In this document: in pieces, positions 44,188 through 54,443 of the stretch
Numbering within the stretch: the first letter of the stretch is position 1
Layout of the letters: the number at the start of each line of letters is the position of its first letter
Virus genome (UHGV): UHGV-0286546
DNA from: a virus
Length of the DNA: 64,000 bases
Reading direction: 5' to 3' (one strand)
Notes under the pieces: generated by a model
What the model was told of the DNA's origin: nothing
The model's database searches: none
Seen by the model: the letters and a program-made list of their open reading frames with translations, nothing else
Translations under genes and position numbers: made by a program

Positions 44188-45771
44188 TTAGGCGTGAGCT
44201 TGGTTGAAGTTAGCAATAGCACCACGTACCAAGTACTCAGGCTTATTGATGAACAAATCATAGAAAGACATAGCGCCTTTGTGATTCTTCAAATTAGGAG
44301 CTTGGAAAGTAGGTGTGAAATAGAGCGGGATCCACTCAGCTAAAACAATTGCCGAATCACCTAACTGGAATCCTTTGAAACCGAAGACAACCTGATCAAC
44401 CGGTAATGTCTTAGTATAAGGAACAGCGATAACAGCAATAGTACCGTCACGCAATGTACCAGCTAAGTAAGGTCCAATCGGTTTCTTAGCTTCAGGAGCT
44501 GCTTTGAAACCTTCGATTTGTTCTACGATTGTTAAACCTTGACGAGCAGAAACAATCATGAATTCAACTGTACCACGACCAGCAACTTCTTGGATAATAC
44601 CACGAGCACTAGAAATAGTAGTTGTATAAGCAGAATATCTCTGTTGTAAGGTTAAGTTAGCACCGTTTGCAGCACAATCAAATGTCAAATCAGCGTTCGG
44701 AGTAGCAGCAGCATATACACTGTGGATCAATGACAAATCACGTTCCCAACGAATAGTACCAGCAATTTGGTTAGCAATCAATTCATCAGTGTCAATTGCT
44801 AAGTGAGCGTTCATTACCAAACCAGCTGCAACACTGTAAGAACTCATTAACGGGTGCTGCTTAGCTAAAATAGGCTGATTAGGAATATCGAACTGAATCT
44901 TACGAATCAAATCAACATCTGTTTCAACATCAACAGCAGCTTCGAAACTCAGCATAGCATTCTCAGCAATAGCATCAGCATACATAGTAGCATCCAATTT
45001 CAATGTAGCTACACCAGTCTGAGCATTAACTGTACCAGAAACACCACGACCAATTACATTGTATGCACCACTGTTAACACCATCCAACTGCGCAGAACCA
45101 TTACCATAGTCACGTGCAATCTCTTTACCTGCTAAACGAACGATGAACGAACCAGCACGTACTTTAACTGTAGCATCAGAAGGCAATGCAGCAGACGGAT
45201 TAGCAGTTACATCAGCAGTAGCCTGAACATCTGTATACCCAATGAACTCAGAAGAATACGTACCATCTGTCGGATTCTCAAATACAATGTCACCAGCTTC
45301 AACACCAGCAGCGTCTTGAGAATAACGTGTTTTGATGATGAAGATTTGGCCAGACTGACGATCTAAAGCTTGAATATCAGCAATGTAGTTTGCTACCATT
45401 TGCGGATAAAATACATTAACGATATCAACGACTTTAGGAGTCAAGCTTGCAACACCAGGGCTGAGCAAAGAAACAGCAGAAGTAGAAGCGTTACCGCCAA
45501 AATCTTCGTGCAGGATATTGCGACCTGTGTAAGGAGTATCTGGCTGTTGAGCGATGTATTCAGCAGTATTTTCTAAGAGCTGAACCATAGTAGCGGCTTG
45601 GTATTTAGCTTCTTTAGAGTCAGATTCCAGAGCTTTTACGAGAGCCGGGCAGCGTTTGCCGAGAGTAGATTCACTGAGAACTTCTGCAGCGTGAGCGATA
45701 CCTTTATTGATTCTTTCGCTACGGGCTTTAGCAACCAGTGACTTATTTTCAACTTTGGTTAAGATAGACAT
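44188..45771 (-). CDS. major capsid protein, T4 gp23 family
   Basis: 527 aa; segment SGQIFIIKTRYSQDAAGVEAG and C-terminal GFKGFQ resemble T4 gp23 (from memory); Ala/Gly/Thr-rich, GC-richer codon usage; N-terminal LTKVEN putative protease site; SD aggaaa. Confidence 0.7.
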   Translation of the reverse strand: MSILTKVENKSLVAKARSERINKGIAHAAEVLSESTLGKRCPALVKALESDSKEAKYQAATMVQLLENTAEYIAQQPDTPYTGRNILHEDFGGNASTSAVSLLSPGVASLTPKVVDIVNVFYPQMVANYIADIQALDRQSGQIFIIKTRYSQDAAGVEAGDIVFENPTDGTYSSEFIGYTDVQATADVTANPSAALPSDATVKVRAGSFIVRLAGKEIARDYGNGSAQLDGVNSGAYNVIGRGVSGTVNAQTGVATLKLDATMYADAIAENAMLSFEAAVDVETDVDLIRKIQFDIPNQPILAKQHPLMSSYSVAAGLVMNAHLAIDTDELIANQIAGTIRWERDLSLIHSVYAAATPNADLTFDCAANGANLTLQQRYSAYTTTISSARGIIQEVAGRGTVEFMIVSARQGLTIVEQIEGFKAAPEAKKPIGPYLAGTLRDGTIAVIAVPYTKTLPVDQVVFGFKGFQLGDSAIVLAEWIPLYFTPTFQAPNLKNHKGAMSFYDLFINKPEYLVRGAIANFNQAHA

Positions 45772-45839
45772 AGTAGTTTAATTTCCTATATTAAGTTTTA
45801 AGTTAAACGTTTATATATTTTTAGTTTTTTGTATAGATA

Positions 45840-46620
45840 GTATGTATTTATATCTATGTCCAGAGTAGTGTAAAGATCCCGTAGGATGGGAAACTTAGTA
45901 TTAGTTATTTAATTAGAACAGTATATTTATGATAAAGTAGTGATTTGGAAGAATTTTTTTGTAAATTTTTTTATTTTAGTTGTATATGTAGGTATATATG
46001 TGGAGTATTTGGGTTAATGTAAGTATGTTATCGTATATATGAGTAGTGTAGTATATAGTAGATAAAAGGTAACGTGATGAGATTGTATGTAGTTATATGG
46101 TGTATGTGTATATATAGGTTGTAGGAATTTTTAGGAAATGTGTCGGCGTAGGTAGATTGTGATATATAGTGGGTATGTATGATTGTAGATAATTGGTTTT
46201 ACGTTTACTGTATTACATGGTATAGTAATGGTAATAATGAAATGAATGATATGAGAGGATGAGCTACGTATGCTGAAAAGAGAATATAGAGAGGTATTAG
46301 GTACAGTATTAAGGAATGATATAGCGGAAGCACTTGACTTATTTACTGGTATTTGGTCAAGTGGTATATATAGAGTTGGTGTAGATAAAGGTGTTGAAAA
46401 AAGATATAATATAGATATAGTATGTAGTAAAGACCAGTATAAAAGAGTTAGAGAGTATGTAGAAGAGGCATATAATTTTAATGAAGAGAAGTTAGTATTC
46501 GATGAAAGTTATTTTGATAGTGCGCATTATTGTTATTCAGTTAGTGAAGAGAAGTTAATGCAGATTTATAGTTTACTTAGAATTAAAGGATATACGATGA
46601 ATTAATCCTAATGTATGGTA
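45840..46620 (+). repeat. C-depleted (G/T/A) alternating purine-pyrimidine tract spanning divergent promoter region and gene 46270..46605
   Basis: Top strand almost C-free; runs of TG/TA alternation (gtatgtgtatatatagg etc.). Confidence 0.55.
46270..46605 (+). CDS. LRIKGY-family small protein (array B, first member) encoded in C-depleted DNA
   Basis: C-terminal ...LMQIYSLLRIKGYTMN. Confidence 0.55.
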   Translation: MLKREYREVLGTVLRNDIAEALDLFTGIWSSGIYRVGVDKGVEKRYNIDIVCSKDQYKRVREYVEEAYNFNEEKLVFDESYFDSAHYCYSVSEEKLMQIYSLLRIKGYTMN

Positions 46621-46704
46621 TATATTGTTTATTATAGATTCCTTTGATACTTAGTTGTATTGAAGGAATTTTTTTTACTATTTTGTTGTAATGGTAATAT
46701 TTGT

Positions 46705-46733
46705 TTTACATTTGAATAGTATTTTGGTATAAT
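46705..46733 (+). promoter_or_regulatory. sigma70-like promoter GTTTTACA-N17-TATAAT
   Basis: Exact consensus hexamers with 17-nt spacer. Confidence 0.55.
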
Positions 46734-46782
46734 ATATATAAAATGTAATGTTATAATGAAATAAAGAATTAGGAATGTATAT

Positions 46783-47526
46783 ATGAAAACAAGCATGTCA
46801 GTTTTTAGGCGTTTTGAAGTACTAGATAAATATTATACTGGTTATTCTACTTCTAAACAAATTATGAAGCACAAGGTTGAATTAGAAAGATTTAAGGGCT
46901 TATCTTTAGAAGAAAAATTGGGTAGTAAAATAAATGATTTGTTGTTACCTACTTGTGTATTAACTATTTTAGATTCCATTGGAGTATATTTATATTTAGA
47001 TCTTTATACAATTAATTTTGAAGTAAATGAATATAACTATCATAGATTAAAAACAAAAAAGATGGCATTGGGTATATTAAAAGCACATTTAGAAGCAATT
47101 GGATTAGGATTTGATATAGATGAAATAGATGATGAGATGATTAAGCGTATTCGTAATAAATATAATGATATGTATTCGAGTTTAAAGATATTAGAAAACT
47201 TTGGATTTGAAATTATTAAAAGTTGTAGATATGATGAATATGTTAATGCAGGATATAATACTAACTTATATAATTCTGTTGCAGCAGTTTTATTAAGTTA
47301 CCCTGCATTATTAGACTTTGTTGACTTAAAAGAAAGACAAGGAAAAAACGATAGTATATTTCCAGAATTAGTGGTTAAAAATACAGACGTTGATATGTTT
47401 ACTACTTTATGCAGGATTATGGATGTTAATTTCAAAGTTTGGTATGGCAGCAGAGGTAATAGAAAGTATCCACATAATACATATTTTGATGTGTTTTTAC
47501 CTAAGCGCTTAAAAAATGACATTTGA
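46783..47526 (+). CDS. hypothetical protein
   Basis: SD attaggaatgtatat. Confidence 0.55.
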   Translation: MKTSMSVFRRFEVLDKYYTGYSTSKQIMKHKVELERFKGLSLEEKLGSKINDLLLPTCVLTILDSIGVYLYLDLYTINFEVNEYNYHRLKTKKMALGILKAHLEAIGLGFDIDEIDDEMIKRIRNKYNDMYSSLKILENFGFEIIKSCRYDEYVNAGYNTNLYNSVAAVLLSYPALLDFVDLKERQGKNDSIFPELVVKNTDVDMFTTLCRIMDVNFKVWYGSRGNRKYPHNTYFDVFLPKRLKNDI

Positions 47527-47717
47527 GTAAAGATATATAAGATTAATTAATGTTATAACAATAGAAGGTATTTGAGTAGGTTATAGTAGATATCAGTAAT
47601 TGTAGCCCTTTACCTTTAGTAGAATAGAGGGTTATTTTTATATCTGGATAAAAACTATTTTGGTATATAAAAAGAAGGGAAGGATATATTATAATAACAC
47701 CGGTACTTTGGGATTTA

Positions 47718-48302
47718 TTAGGCAACATTTACTGATAATCCGGTTTTTCTTAACCAAGTATTAAAATCGTCTTTTTCATGAGGCGGTTTGTCATCGTAAC
47801 AGTATTTATCAGCTTGTTCTTTTGTTAAACCGTAATTTTTTATAGTCCATTCTCTAGGTTGATATTCACTACTACAACTCTGATATGCGTCATAAAAGTT
47901 TTGTATATCGAAGAAAGATAAATTATTTTGTGGAATCATTTCTTTATGTGCGTCTATTATTTCTTGTAAGCGTGCATTTGGTGTTCCTCTTACTTGTAGA
48001 TTTCCATTATTATCTTCATCAAACATTGTATGTACTTCACTATCGGTTAATTCACCATATTCTTCCAATGCACTTATCAAATTATCATGTAACCAAACAT
48101 CAGCATCAACAACATATATATTTTTATCAGTAGCAATTCCTCGTATTGAATTAAATCTTGTATTACTTTTAAATGAAAAATATTCATAAGGACTAGGATT
48201 TTTTAGTACAGTTAATATTTCATTTTCATCAAACCAAGTAGGTACTCTTAATATTTTAGTTTCTAACAATATACCTTCTACTATCTTTCTAAACTTTGAC
48301 AT
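47718..48302 (-). CDS. leader-family protein 5 (MSKFRKIVEG...), NPSP/IRGIAT domain paralog
   Basis: Leader and NPS..IRG..VVDA motifs shared with 6914 and 10557; only minus-strand gene in this region. Confidence 0.6.
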   Translation of the reverse strand: MSKFRKIVEGILLETKILRVPTWFDENEILTVLKNPSPYEYFSFKSNTRFNSIRGIATDKNIYVVDADVWLHDNLISALEEYGELTDSEVHTMFDEDNNGNLQVRGTPNARLQEIIDAHKEMIPQNNLSFFDIQNFYDAYQSCSSEYQPREWTIKNYGLTKEQADKYCYDDKPPHEKDDFNTWLRKTGLSVNVA

Positions 48303-48457
48303 AATACACGCCTTCTAGTAATAATTTTCACAATATTTATTAGAACCTATGTTAATATTTATCGAATAGACAATCTGTTTTACTTTATTTGTATTTGTGG
48401 TATAGTAAATAAAAATAAATACTTGTTTTGATATGTAAAAAAAAAGGAATGTGTATA

Positions 48458-49285
48458 ATGATGAATAAGATTTATAAAGTAGGTGATGTTATTAATGATT
48501 GGGTATTAATTGAAAAGAGTAATAAGACATATGCAAATGGTAATATTATTTATAAAGCAGTACACAATAAAACAGGTAAAATAACATTGGGAACACCTTA
48601 TTTATTTCGTACCAATAAAGTTAGTTCCGGAGCAGTAAGGAAAGGTAAGCATGATGGAGAAACAGTCAACGGGTGGTTATTAGAAGATACTGGTAAGCGA
48701 TATGGAAAAGGATACATTCGACAATATAAAGGTACTAATAAAATAAGTGGCAAAGTAGTATATGGTCCTTATGATTGTTTTAAAAATGGAAATCTTAAAG
48801 AAACTAATAAAGCCCTATATGATGGTCGTATAGTTAATGGATGGTTATTAGAAGACACAGGTGAAAAGACGAATATAAACCAGCATATTTATAAAGGAAT
48901 AGAAAAAGATACAGGTAGAATTGCATATGGAATAAGTACAAATTTTAAGAATAATACATTTAATAAGGTAAAGAAAAAGAATAAACATCATGGCGAAATT
49001 GTTAACGGATGGTTGTTAGAAGACATTGGTTTAAAAGTAGGTAATAGTCGTAATACTAAATATAAAGGCATACATCAAGAAACAGGTAAAGTTGGTTTCG
49101 GTGCATATAGAGAATTTAAATTAGGTAACGTATCCAATAAAGTTAAAGTAAAGGAACAACCTAAAAAGAAAAAGATTAACGTAAGTGATATAGTTGATAT
49201 TAAACAGACTTTAGAAGCACAATTGAATAAAATTGTTAATGTTGCTAAAACTAAAGGATATACAATTACATATATGATTGAATAA
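48458..49285 (+). CDS. tandem-repeat protein (4 x ~57-aa VNGWLLEDTG...YKG...TGK..G repeats)
   Basis: Internal repeats visible in translation; SD aaaaaggaatg. Confidence 0.55.
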   Translation: MMNKIYKVGDVINDWVLIEKSNKTYANGNIIYKAVHNKTGKITLGTPYLFRTNKVSSGAVRKGKHDGETVNGWLLEDTGKRYGKGYIRQYKGTNKISGKVVYGPYDCFKNGNLKETNKALYDGRIVNGWLLEDTGEKTNINQHIYKGIEKDTGRIAYGISTNFKNNTFNKVKKKNKHHGEIVNGWLLEDIGLKVGNSRNTKYKGIHQETGKVGFGAYREFKLGNVSNKVKVKEQPKKKKINVSDIVDIKQTLEAQLNKIVNVAKTKGYTITYMIE

Positions 49286-49309
49286 GACTCGTCGATAAAT
49301 GATTATATG

Positions 49310-49348
49310 AAGGTCCTTGGAGAAAAATCTTTGGACCTTTTATTTTAT
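49310..49348 (+). terminator. rho-independent terminator
   Basis: aaggtcc-loop-ggacctt + T-rich. Confidence 0.55.
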
Positions 49349-49388
49349 TGGTTTTACTTTATTTATAGTATAGTGTATATTATATATA

Positions 49389-49982
49389 ATGTTTAAAGAA
49401 ATAGAGGATTATACCATGCTTAGTAATGAAGAATATGATGAACGTTATCCAGATAGAGAGGATAAAAATCTTATTGTTAAATTAGCTGCTAATATCGTAC
49501 ATGAATTAGAGGTGCATTTAAATCCAAAATTAGAAGAATATGCAAACTGGAGGATAACATCAGATCCAAAAAACCATCGATTATACGCATTGAGTACTTA
49601 TTACCTTAAAAATAAAGATAAATTACTCATAATAAGTGAACCTTTTTGTTGGTTAAGTCTTGAAGGTATGGTATCACATCAAATGAAAGCAGTTAAGATG
49701 CGTATTGCTGAAATAAAGTTAGCTTTAGCGATAACAGGATTAGATAAAGCAGTAAAATTTGTTCCTGACGTTGTTCAGCATCCTAATGCCAAAATTCAAA
49801 AAAATAAATATTATGATGAAGTTAGCTTACCTTATAAATACTTTTCTAATAAATCAATTGAATTAAGATTTACTGTTGATTTGGAGTTATTGGATCCTTT
49901 ACGATATGGTTATTTTAAGACATTAGGCTTTCCTTTAACAAGATCAGAACTTTTACAAGATAATGACTATGTAATTGACTAA
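49389..49982 (+). CDS. hypothetical protein
   Basis: ORF (alternative ATG 49416 after agagga). Confidence 0.5.
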   Translation: MFKEIEDYTMLSNEEYDERYPDREDKNLIVKLAANIVHELEVHLNPKLEEYANWRITSDPKNHRLYALSTYYLKNKDKLLIISEPFCWLSLEGMVSHQMKAVKMRIAEIKLALAITGLDKAVKFVPDVVQHPNAKIQKNKYYDEVSLPYKYFSNKSIELRFTVDLELLDPLRYGYFKTLGFPLTRSELLQDNDYVID

Positions 49983-49997
49983 TAAAGGATATATGTA

Positions 49998-50303
49998 ATG
50001 AGCACAGATACATTTAGACTTAAGGATATTGCAGCAGGATTTGTAATGGATATTGGTATACAGTTTGAAACAAAAATTTATGCGTCAATATTTACAGAAG
50101 TACGAGATGCTCGTTATAGGTTAGAGATAATGATGCCGGTAGAATTAGAAAAAGAACTTGACAGGTTTTTAATAGAGAAGTATGAGTTAACATCGACATT
50201 ACGAATACATTGGAATGCCTTTTGGGTTAAAAAAGAGTATCGTATAAAAAAAGATATGTTAGACAACATTAAGGTTTTGATTAGATTGTTAGGATATATG
50301 TAA
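49998..50303 (+). CDS. LRIKGY-family small protein (array B)
   Basis: ...NIKVLIRLLGYM. Confidence 0.55.
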   Translation: MSTDTFRLKDIAAGFVMDIGIQFETKIYASIFTEVRDARYRLEIMMPVELEKELDRFLIEKYELTSTLRIHWNAFWVKKEYRIKKDMLDNIKVLIRLLGYM

Positions 50304-50304
50304 A

Positions 50305-50607
50305 ATGAATGAGATACATTATAACATTTGTAGGATGTTAGAAAAAGAGTTATATAATAAATTTGGAGATACTTATATATTTGCCTATATAGATTATTTT
50401 AATAAAGATAAATCAGTACTTAATATAACTTGTGAAGATAAAAAAGTGAATGAGATAAAAGCATATATAGATGAGATATATATGTTTAAATCTTTTCCTG
50501 AGGGTGTTAAAGTTTGGGATTCATTTAAAGACCGTATTTCATATTTAGTTAATGATGAAGATTTAGAAAAAATGGAAGTTATACTTATGATAAAGGGTTA
50601 CTTATAA
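50305..50607 (+). CDS. LRIKGY-family small protein (array B)
   Basis: ...MEVILMIKGYL. Confidence 0.55.
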   Translation: MNEIHYNICRMLEKELYNKFGDTYIFAYIDYFNKDKSVLNITCEDKKVNEIKAYIDEIYMFKSFPEGVKVWDSFKDRISYLVNDEDLEKMEVILMIKGYL

Positions 50608-51050
50608 TGACTAATGTATCAGATAAGCATAGTAAAATAATATGTATAGCTTGCGATTATGATTGGGGCGAAGGTGTAACGGTAAATCAAGAAATGGTAC
50701 GATTACAACTTTATATGTATATTGTTAATAAAGTCATAAAAAGCAAAGATGTTAGGATAGAAAGTCTTCCCAGTTTTTCTGAGCATGAGGTACACTATGA
50801 AATCAAGTTATATGAAGACGATTTAACACCGGATTACAATACATTATACAGAATTGATGAACGAGCTTTTACAAACGATATACTTGTAAATTGTATTGAA
50901 GAAAAGATGACTTTGTTTAGAAAAATAAAACTTAATCTATGGTATATGTATGTAACTACTCATGGAATGGTTTATGTATTTATACTTATCGCAATTGTTA
51001 TTTTATTGATATTTGGGTTAAGACTAAATTATTTGTGTAATTGTGGATAA
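50607..51050 (+). CDS. LRIKGY-family protein with C-terminal TM helix
   Basis: internal YNTLYRIDERAF motif. Confidence 0.5.
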   Translation: MTNVSDKHSKIICIACDYDWGEGVTVNQEMVRLQLYMYIVNKVIKSKDVRIESLPSFSEHEVHYEIKLYEDDLTPDYNTLYRIDERAFTNDILVNCIEEKMTLFRKIKLNLWYMYVTTHGMVYVFILIAIVILLIFGLRLNYLCNCG

Positions 51051-51092
51051 TATATCAGTCATAGATGTAAATATTGAAAGGTTGTAGTTAAT

Positions 51093-51407
51093 ATGCTGTC
51101 TGTTGATCTAAACGAGTTAAAGAGTGTAATAGAATCTGACATTGGTGCATTTTTCAAAAGTAATAACTTAGAAGCACCTTTACTTGTATTTTTAAATCAT
51201 GCTGATTCTGAAGATGTCTTATATTTTTCAGTGCTAATTGGAATAGCTGCCCGCAAACAACTCGATGAATATATACAAACTACTTACAGAGCATCTAAAA
51301 TATCAGACTTTAAAGGTGAACAAAATGTTCATTATGGTTCCTACGTTTTAACTAAAGATACAATAGAAGATATGATAACTATATTTAGGATAAAAGGTTA
51401 TTTGTAA
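51093..51407 (+). CDS. LRIKGY-family small protein (array B)
   Basis: ...DMITIFRIKGYL. Confidence 0.55.
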   Translation: MLSVDLNELKSVIESDIGAFFKSNNLEAPLLVFLNHADSEDVLYFSVLIGIAARKQLDEYIQTTYRASKISDFKGEQNVHYGSYVLTKDTIEDMITIFRIKGYL

Positions 51408-51539
51408 TACATAGAGAATTATAACTCTTATCGCTTAAAATAGGCTCGGTTATTATTCCAGACCTTTATTTATATCTGTTTTACACTATTTTATTTACAT
51501 AGTACAATAAATATATAAAATGAAAAAGGTAGTATGTAA

Positions 51540-51917
51540 ATGAATGAGAATGTTTTTGCGTATATTAATATTGATGATTATCGTTTAGATTTGTCTAGTA
51601 TTGAATTAGACAATGAAATAATAAGTATACCCGAATCAATAATAACTAGTAGTACATTTATTAATACTCTTCACAATAAGTTAAAGAGTTGTTTTAAGAA
51701 TGTTTATGCAGTGCGTGCGCTTCGAACTTTTCCTATACCACAAGGCCATGAACTGGCAATATATCCTAAGTTTCAATATGTGATAAATGTAAACTTTGAG
51801 TATAAGGATTTAAACGATGAATTGTTTACTTTATATAAGATTGATCGCAAATCTGCTTTAATTTTTTTACTTAATGAGGTAAAAAAGATTATTGAAGAGT
51901 TTGAAAATATTATATAA
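51540..51917 (+). CDS. LRIKGY-family small protein (TLYKIDRK subtype)
   Basis: ELFTLYKIDRKS near C-terminus. Confidence 0.5.
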   Translation: MNENVFAYINIDDYRLDLSSIELDNEIISIPESIITSSTFINTLHNKLKSCFKNVYAVRALRTFPIPQGHELAIYPKFQYVINVNFEYKDLNDELFTLYKIDRKSALIFLLNEVKKIIEEFENII

Positions 51918-51926
51918 AGGTTGGCA

Positions 51927-52274
51927 ATGCTAGAAAAGTTAAAAATTGGTATTCATGTATATCCTGCAGCTGATTTTGAAGTGTATAGTACTAAAATAAC
52001 TGTATATTTAGATTCTTTTTTGTCAAATTCAGAAGAACTAATAAAAGATAGCTTGATTGCTCAACTTGCAAAATATTATATAGGTGATGATTTTTCCGAT
52101 AATATAATTAGTTATATTTGGTTTAAAGGAAGTACATTTGATGTATCTTTTGACATAAAAGTAGTTGAGCATCAATTACTTGAAGAGTACAGAACCTTAT
52201 ATAGAATAAATAAAAAGACAGTCTGTGATTATTTTATTGACAGTATTAAAAAATTGGACAAGTGTACGTTATGA
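51927..52274 (+). CDS. LRIKGY-family small protein (TLYRINKK subtype)
   Basis: EYRTLYRINKKT. Confidence 0.5.
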   Translation: MLEKLKIGIHVYPAADFEVYSTKITVYLDSFLSNSEELIKDSLIAQLAKYYIGDDFSDNIISYIWFKGSTFDVSFDIKVVEHQLLEEYRTLYRINKKTVCDYFIDSIKKLDKCTL

Positions 52275-52621
52275 GTTTAATAATAAATGTAAAACTCTTT
52301 GATCGTGATACTGAAGCTGATTCGATATCTTCAAAACAGATATACGAAAACTCTTTTGTTGCTCCAGAAGAATTAATTTCAGATAGAAGTTTGGATACTA
52401 TTCGAGAGATAGTCAAAATCAAATTACAAGAATATTTCAAAGACTTTTGTTTTTCGTGGGTATATTGGATAAAAGATAAATATTGTGAAGACAATAGATA
52501 CAAGTATGAAGATCAAGTAATCTCAATTAGTCTTTCGATATATGGTGAACTTATTAAAGGTGATTATAATACATTATATAGGATTGACAAAAAAAAGTAT
52601 GTGTATCTATATAATGAATAA
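52262..52621 (+). CDS. LRIKGY-family small protein (TLYRIDKK subtype)
   Basis: DYNTLYRIDKKK. Confidence 0.5.
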   Translation: MYVMSLIINVKLFDRDTEADSISSKQIYENSFVAPEELISDRSLDTIREIVKIKLQEYFKDFCFSWVYWIKDKYCEDNRYKYEDQVISISLSIYGELIKGDYNTLYRIDKKKYVYLYNE

Positions 52622-52659
52622 ATTAAAAGAATTAGAATTAGTAAAAGGATGACAACGTA

Positions 52660-52998
52660 ATGTATACTCATACTACTAATATCTTTTTTAACCTTGTGAC
52701 AGAGCAGAATGAAATTATTAAATATAATGTCGTTTTATCTTTGCATAGTCGAACTCCAAAAATAAAATCTCAAAAGGTATTTGATTTGATTAAAAATAAA
52801 TTAAAGGCGTTTTTTATTAATATTCCTAATATGACAATTTATCATAAAAATGAATATTTAACGATTTCGGCTTTGGAACAAGAATGTGATATTTTAGTTA
52901 TAATTAAAGTCATTGCGATAGATTTAAAAGAACATTATAGGACTTTGTTGAGAATCAGTCCTAGATCTCTAACAGAATGTTTCGTAGCGGCGTTATAA
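52660..52998 (+). CDS. LRIKGY-family small protein
   Basis: HYRTLLRISPRS. Confidence 0.5.
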   Translation: MYTHTTNIFFNLVTEQNEIIKYNVVLSLHSRTPKIKSQKVFDLIKNKLKAFFINIPNMTIYHKNEYLTISALEQECDILVIIKVIAIDLKEHYRTLLRISPRSLTECFVAAL

Positions 52999-53043
52999 CA
53001 GAATGCAGTGAAAAATTTAGTACAATAAAGTGAAAGTAAAACA

Positions 53044-53388
53044 ATGAATCCTGAATACAAACTTTTTATCCAGTTAAATATGTATTGCACAAACACAGTC
53101 GAAGCAGTCATGAAAAATATAACAATGATTATACCTTATATGAATACGCGTACTTTAGCTATCAAAATTGAATCTATTATAAATAAATATTTTATAAGCC
53201 AAAGATTGAGTCAAATAAAATACACATATCATCCTTTTAAAACAGATATTGGAAATGAGATTATCGTTTATGTAAATATGCGTGAAAAAGATTTGTTAAA
53301 TGATTATAAAACTTTGCAGCGAATCAAAGAGGATTATGTATTATGTAACATTAAATCAGAAATAGAAGCGTGTTTAACTCTGTTTTAG
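53044..53388 (+). CDS. LRIKGY-family small protein
   Basis: DYKTLQRIKEDY. Confidence 0.5.
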   Translation: MNPEYKLFIQLNMYCTNTVEAVMKNITMIIPYMNTRTLAIKIESIINKYFISQRLSQIKYTYHPFKTDIGNEIIVYVNMREKDLLNDYKTLQRIKEDYVLCNIKSEIEACLTLF

Positions 53389-53470
53389 TATTTTATTAAC
53401 TATTTCTGTTTTACTTTTCTTATAAAATAGCATATACTTATAATATATAAAGAAGAAAAGGACAAAAACA

Positions 53471-53812
53471 ATGAATATGCTAAAACATTTTACAGATGCA
53501 ACAGCTCATGCAAAGGCGCTGAAGATTATATTGGGATTAGATTCGCCGGTACATATCTTTGGACAATACGATAGACAAGAGAAAAAAGAAATTTCTTATA
53601 TTATTTGTTTTGATTTGCCTTGTAATAAGTCTGAAGCACCTTATTTTAAGAATTATGTGTTGTCTAATTTAGTTCAATTCGGAATGACAGCGAAACGAGT
53701 ATTTTTTACAAAGAATAAATTAGTTTTAACTGTTCCTTTTGAAGCTTTACTTGAATTATCACAACACATAAAAATGATGGTAAATTCTACAAGCAATAGG
53801 GAATTTAAATGA
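53471..53812 (+). CDS. small protein in array B (weak family motif)
   Basis: ORF; SD aaaaggacaaaaacaatg. Confidence 0.5.
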   Translation: MNMLKHFTDATAHAKALKIILGLDSPVHIFGQYDRQEKKEISYIICFDLPCNKSEAPYFKNYVLSNLVQFGMTAKRVFFTKNKLVLTVPFEALLELSQHIKMMVNSTSNREFK

Positions 53813-54129
53813 TAGAAACTTGTGAAACGATTTCTGCCCTTTTACTCAAATACTTTTTAAACAATAATAGAGAATTGTATTTATTTAAGCCGGTATTTGA
53901 AATAAACCCAAAGGAGCTTTTGAATCACGCTAAAAAATTAATAAAAGAGTTGGGGCTAAATAATTATATAGATGTTTGCTTACACGAAGTTATTATTGAA
54001 CTATCTGGAATACAAATGGAAAAACAATCTACTGAAATGGTACATTTTAGTGTGAAAAAAGATAAGGAACATATGGCAGATACTATTTTAGGTTTACTCT
54101 ATATTAAATTAGGAAAACAGTATGATTGA
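53809..54129 (+). CDS. small protein in array B (weak motif ILGLLYIKLG)
   Basis: ATGA overlap. Confidence 0.5.
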   Translation: MIETCETISALLLKYFLNNNRELYLFKPVFEINPKELLNHAKKLIKELGLNNYIDVCLHEVIIELSGIQMEKQSTEMVHFSVKKDKEHMADTILGLLYIKLGKQYD

Positions 54130-54433
54130 CGAACGAGACATATTGGATTTTTGTCGGCTATATAACGAAAAACTTCATGACAATACTGGATTGAAGGTAA
54201 TGTGTTTTTGTGAAGAATCAGATGTTGTTCATGTTGGTTATTTTTTAGGTCATATCTTTAGTGATACTCCTATTGCAAAAGCTTTTTATAAAGAAATAGT
54301 AGAAGCAATGACAGTCAAATTAAAAGAATTGAATATTAATTATAAAATTGCTTTAGATGGTAAATTAATTGGTGTAATAATAAATGAAAATGCGTTTTAT
54401 GATTTTTTGACGTATCTTAAAATTCTTAACTGA
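54122..54433 (+). CDS. small protein in array B (weak motif FLTYLKILN)
   Basis: ORF. Confidence 0.5.
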   Translation: MIDERDILDFCRLYNEKLHDNTGLKVMCFCEESDVVHVGYFLGHIFSDTPIAKAFYKEIVEAMTVKLKELNINYKIALDGKLIGVIINENAFYDFLTYLKILN

Positions 54434-54443
54434 AGAGGTTTAA

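Noticed and set aside
45370-45576. Plus-strand ORF inside the capsid gene
   Set aside because: Antisense to the gp23-like CDS.
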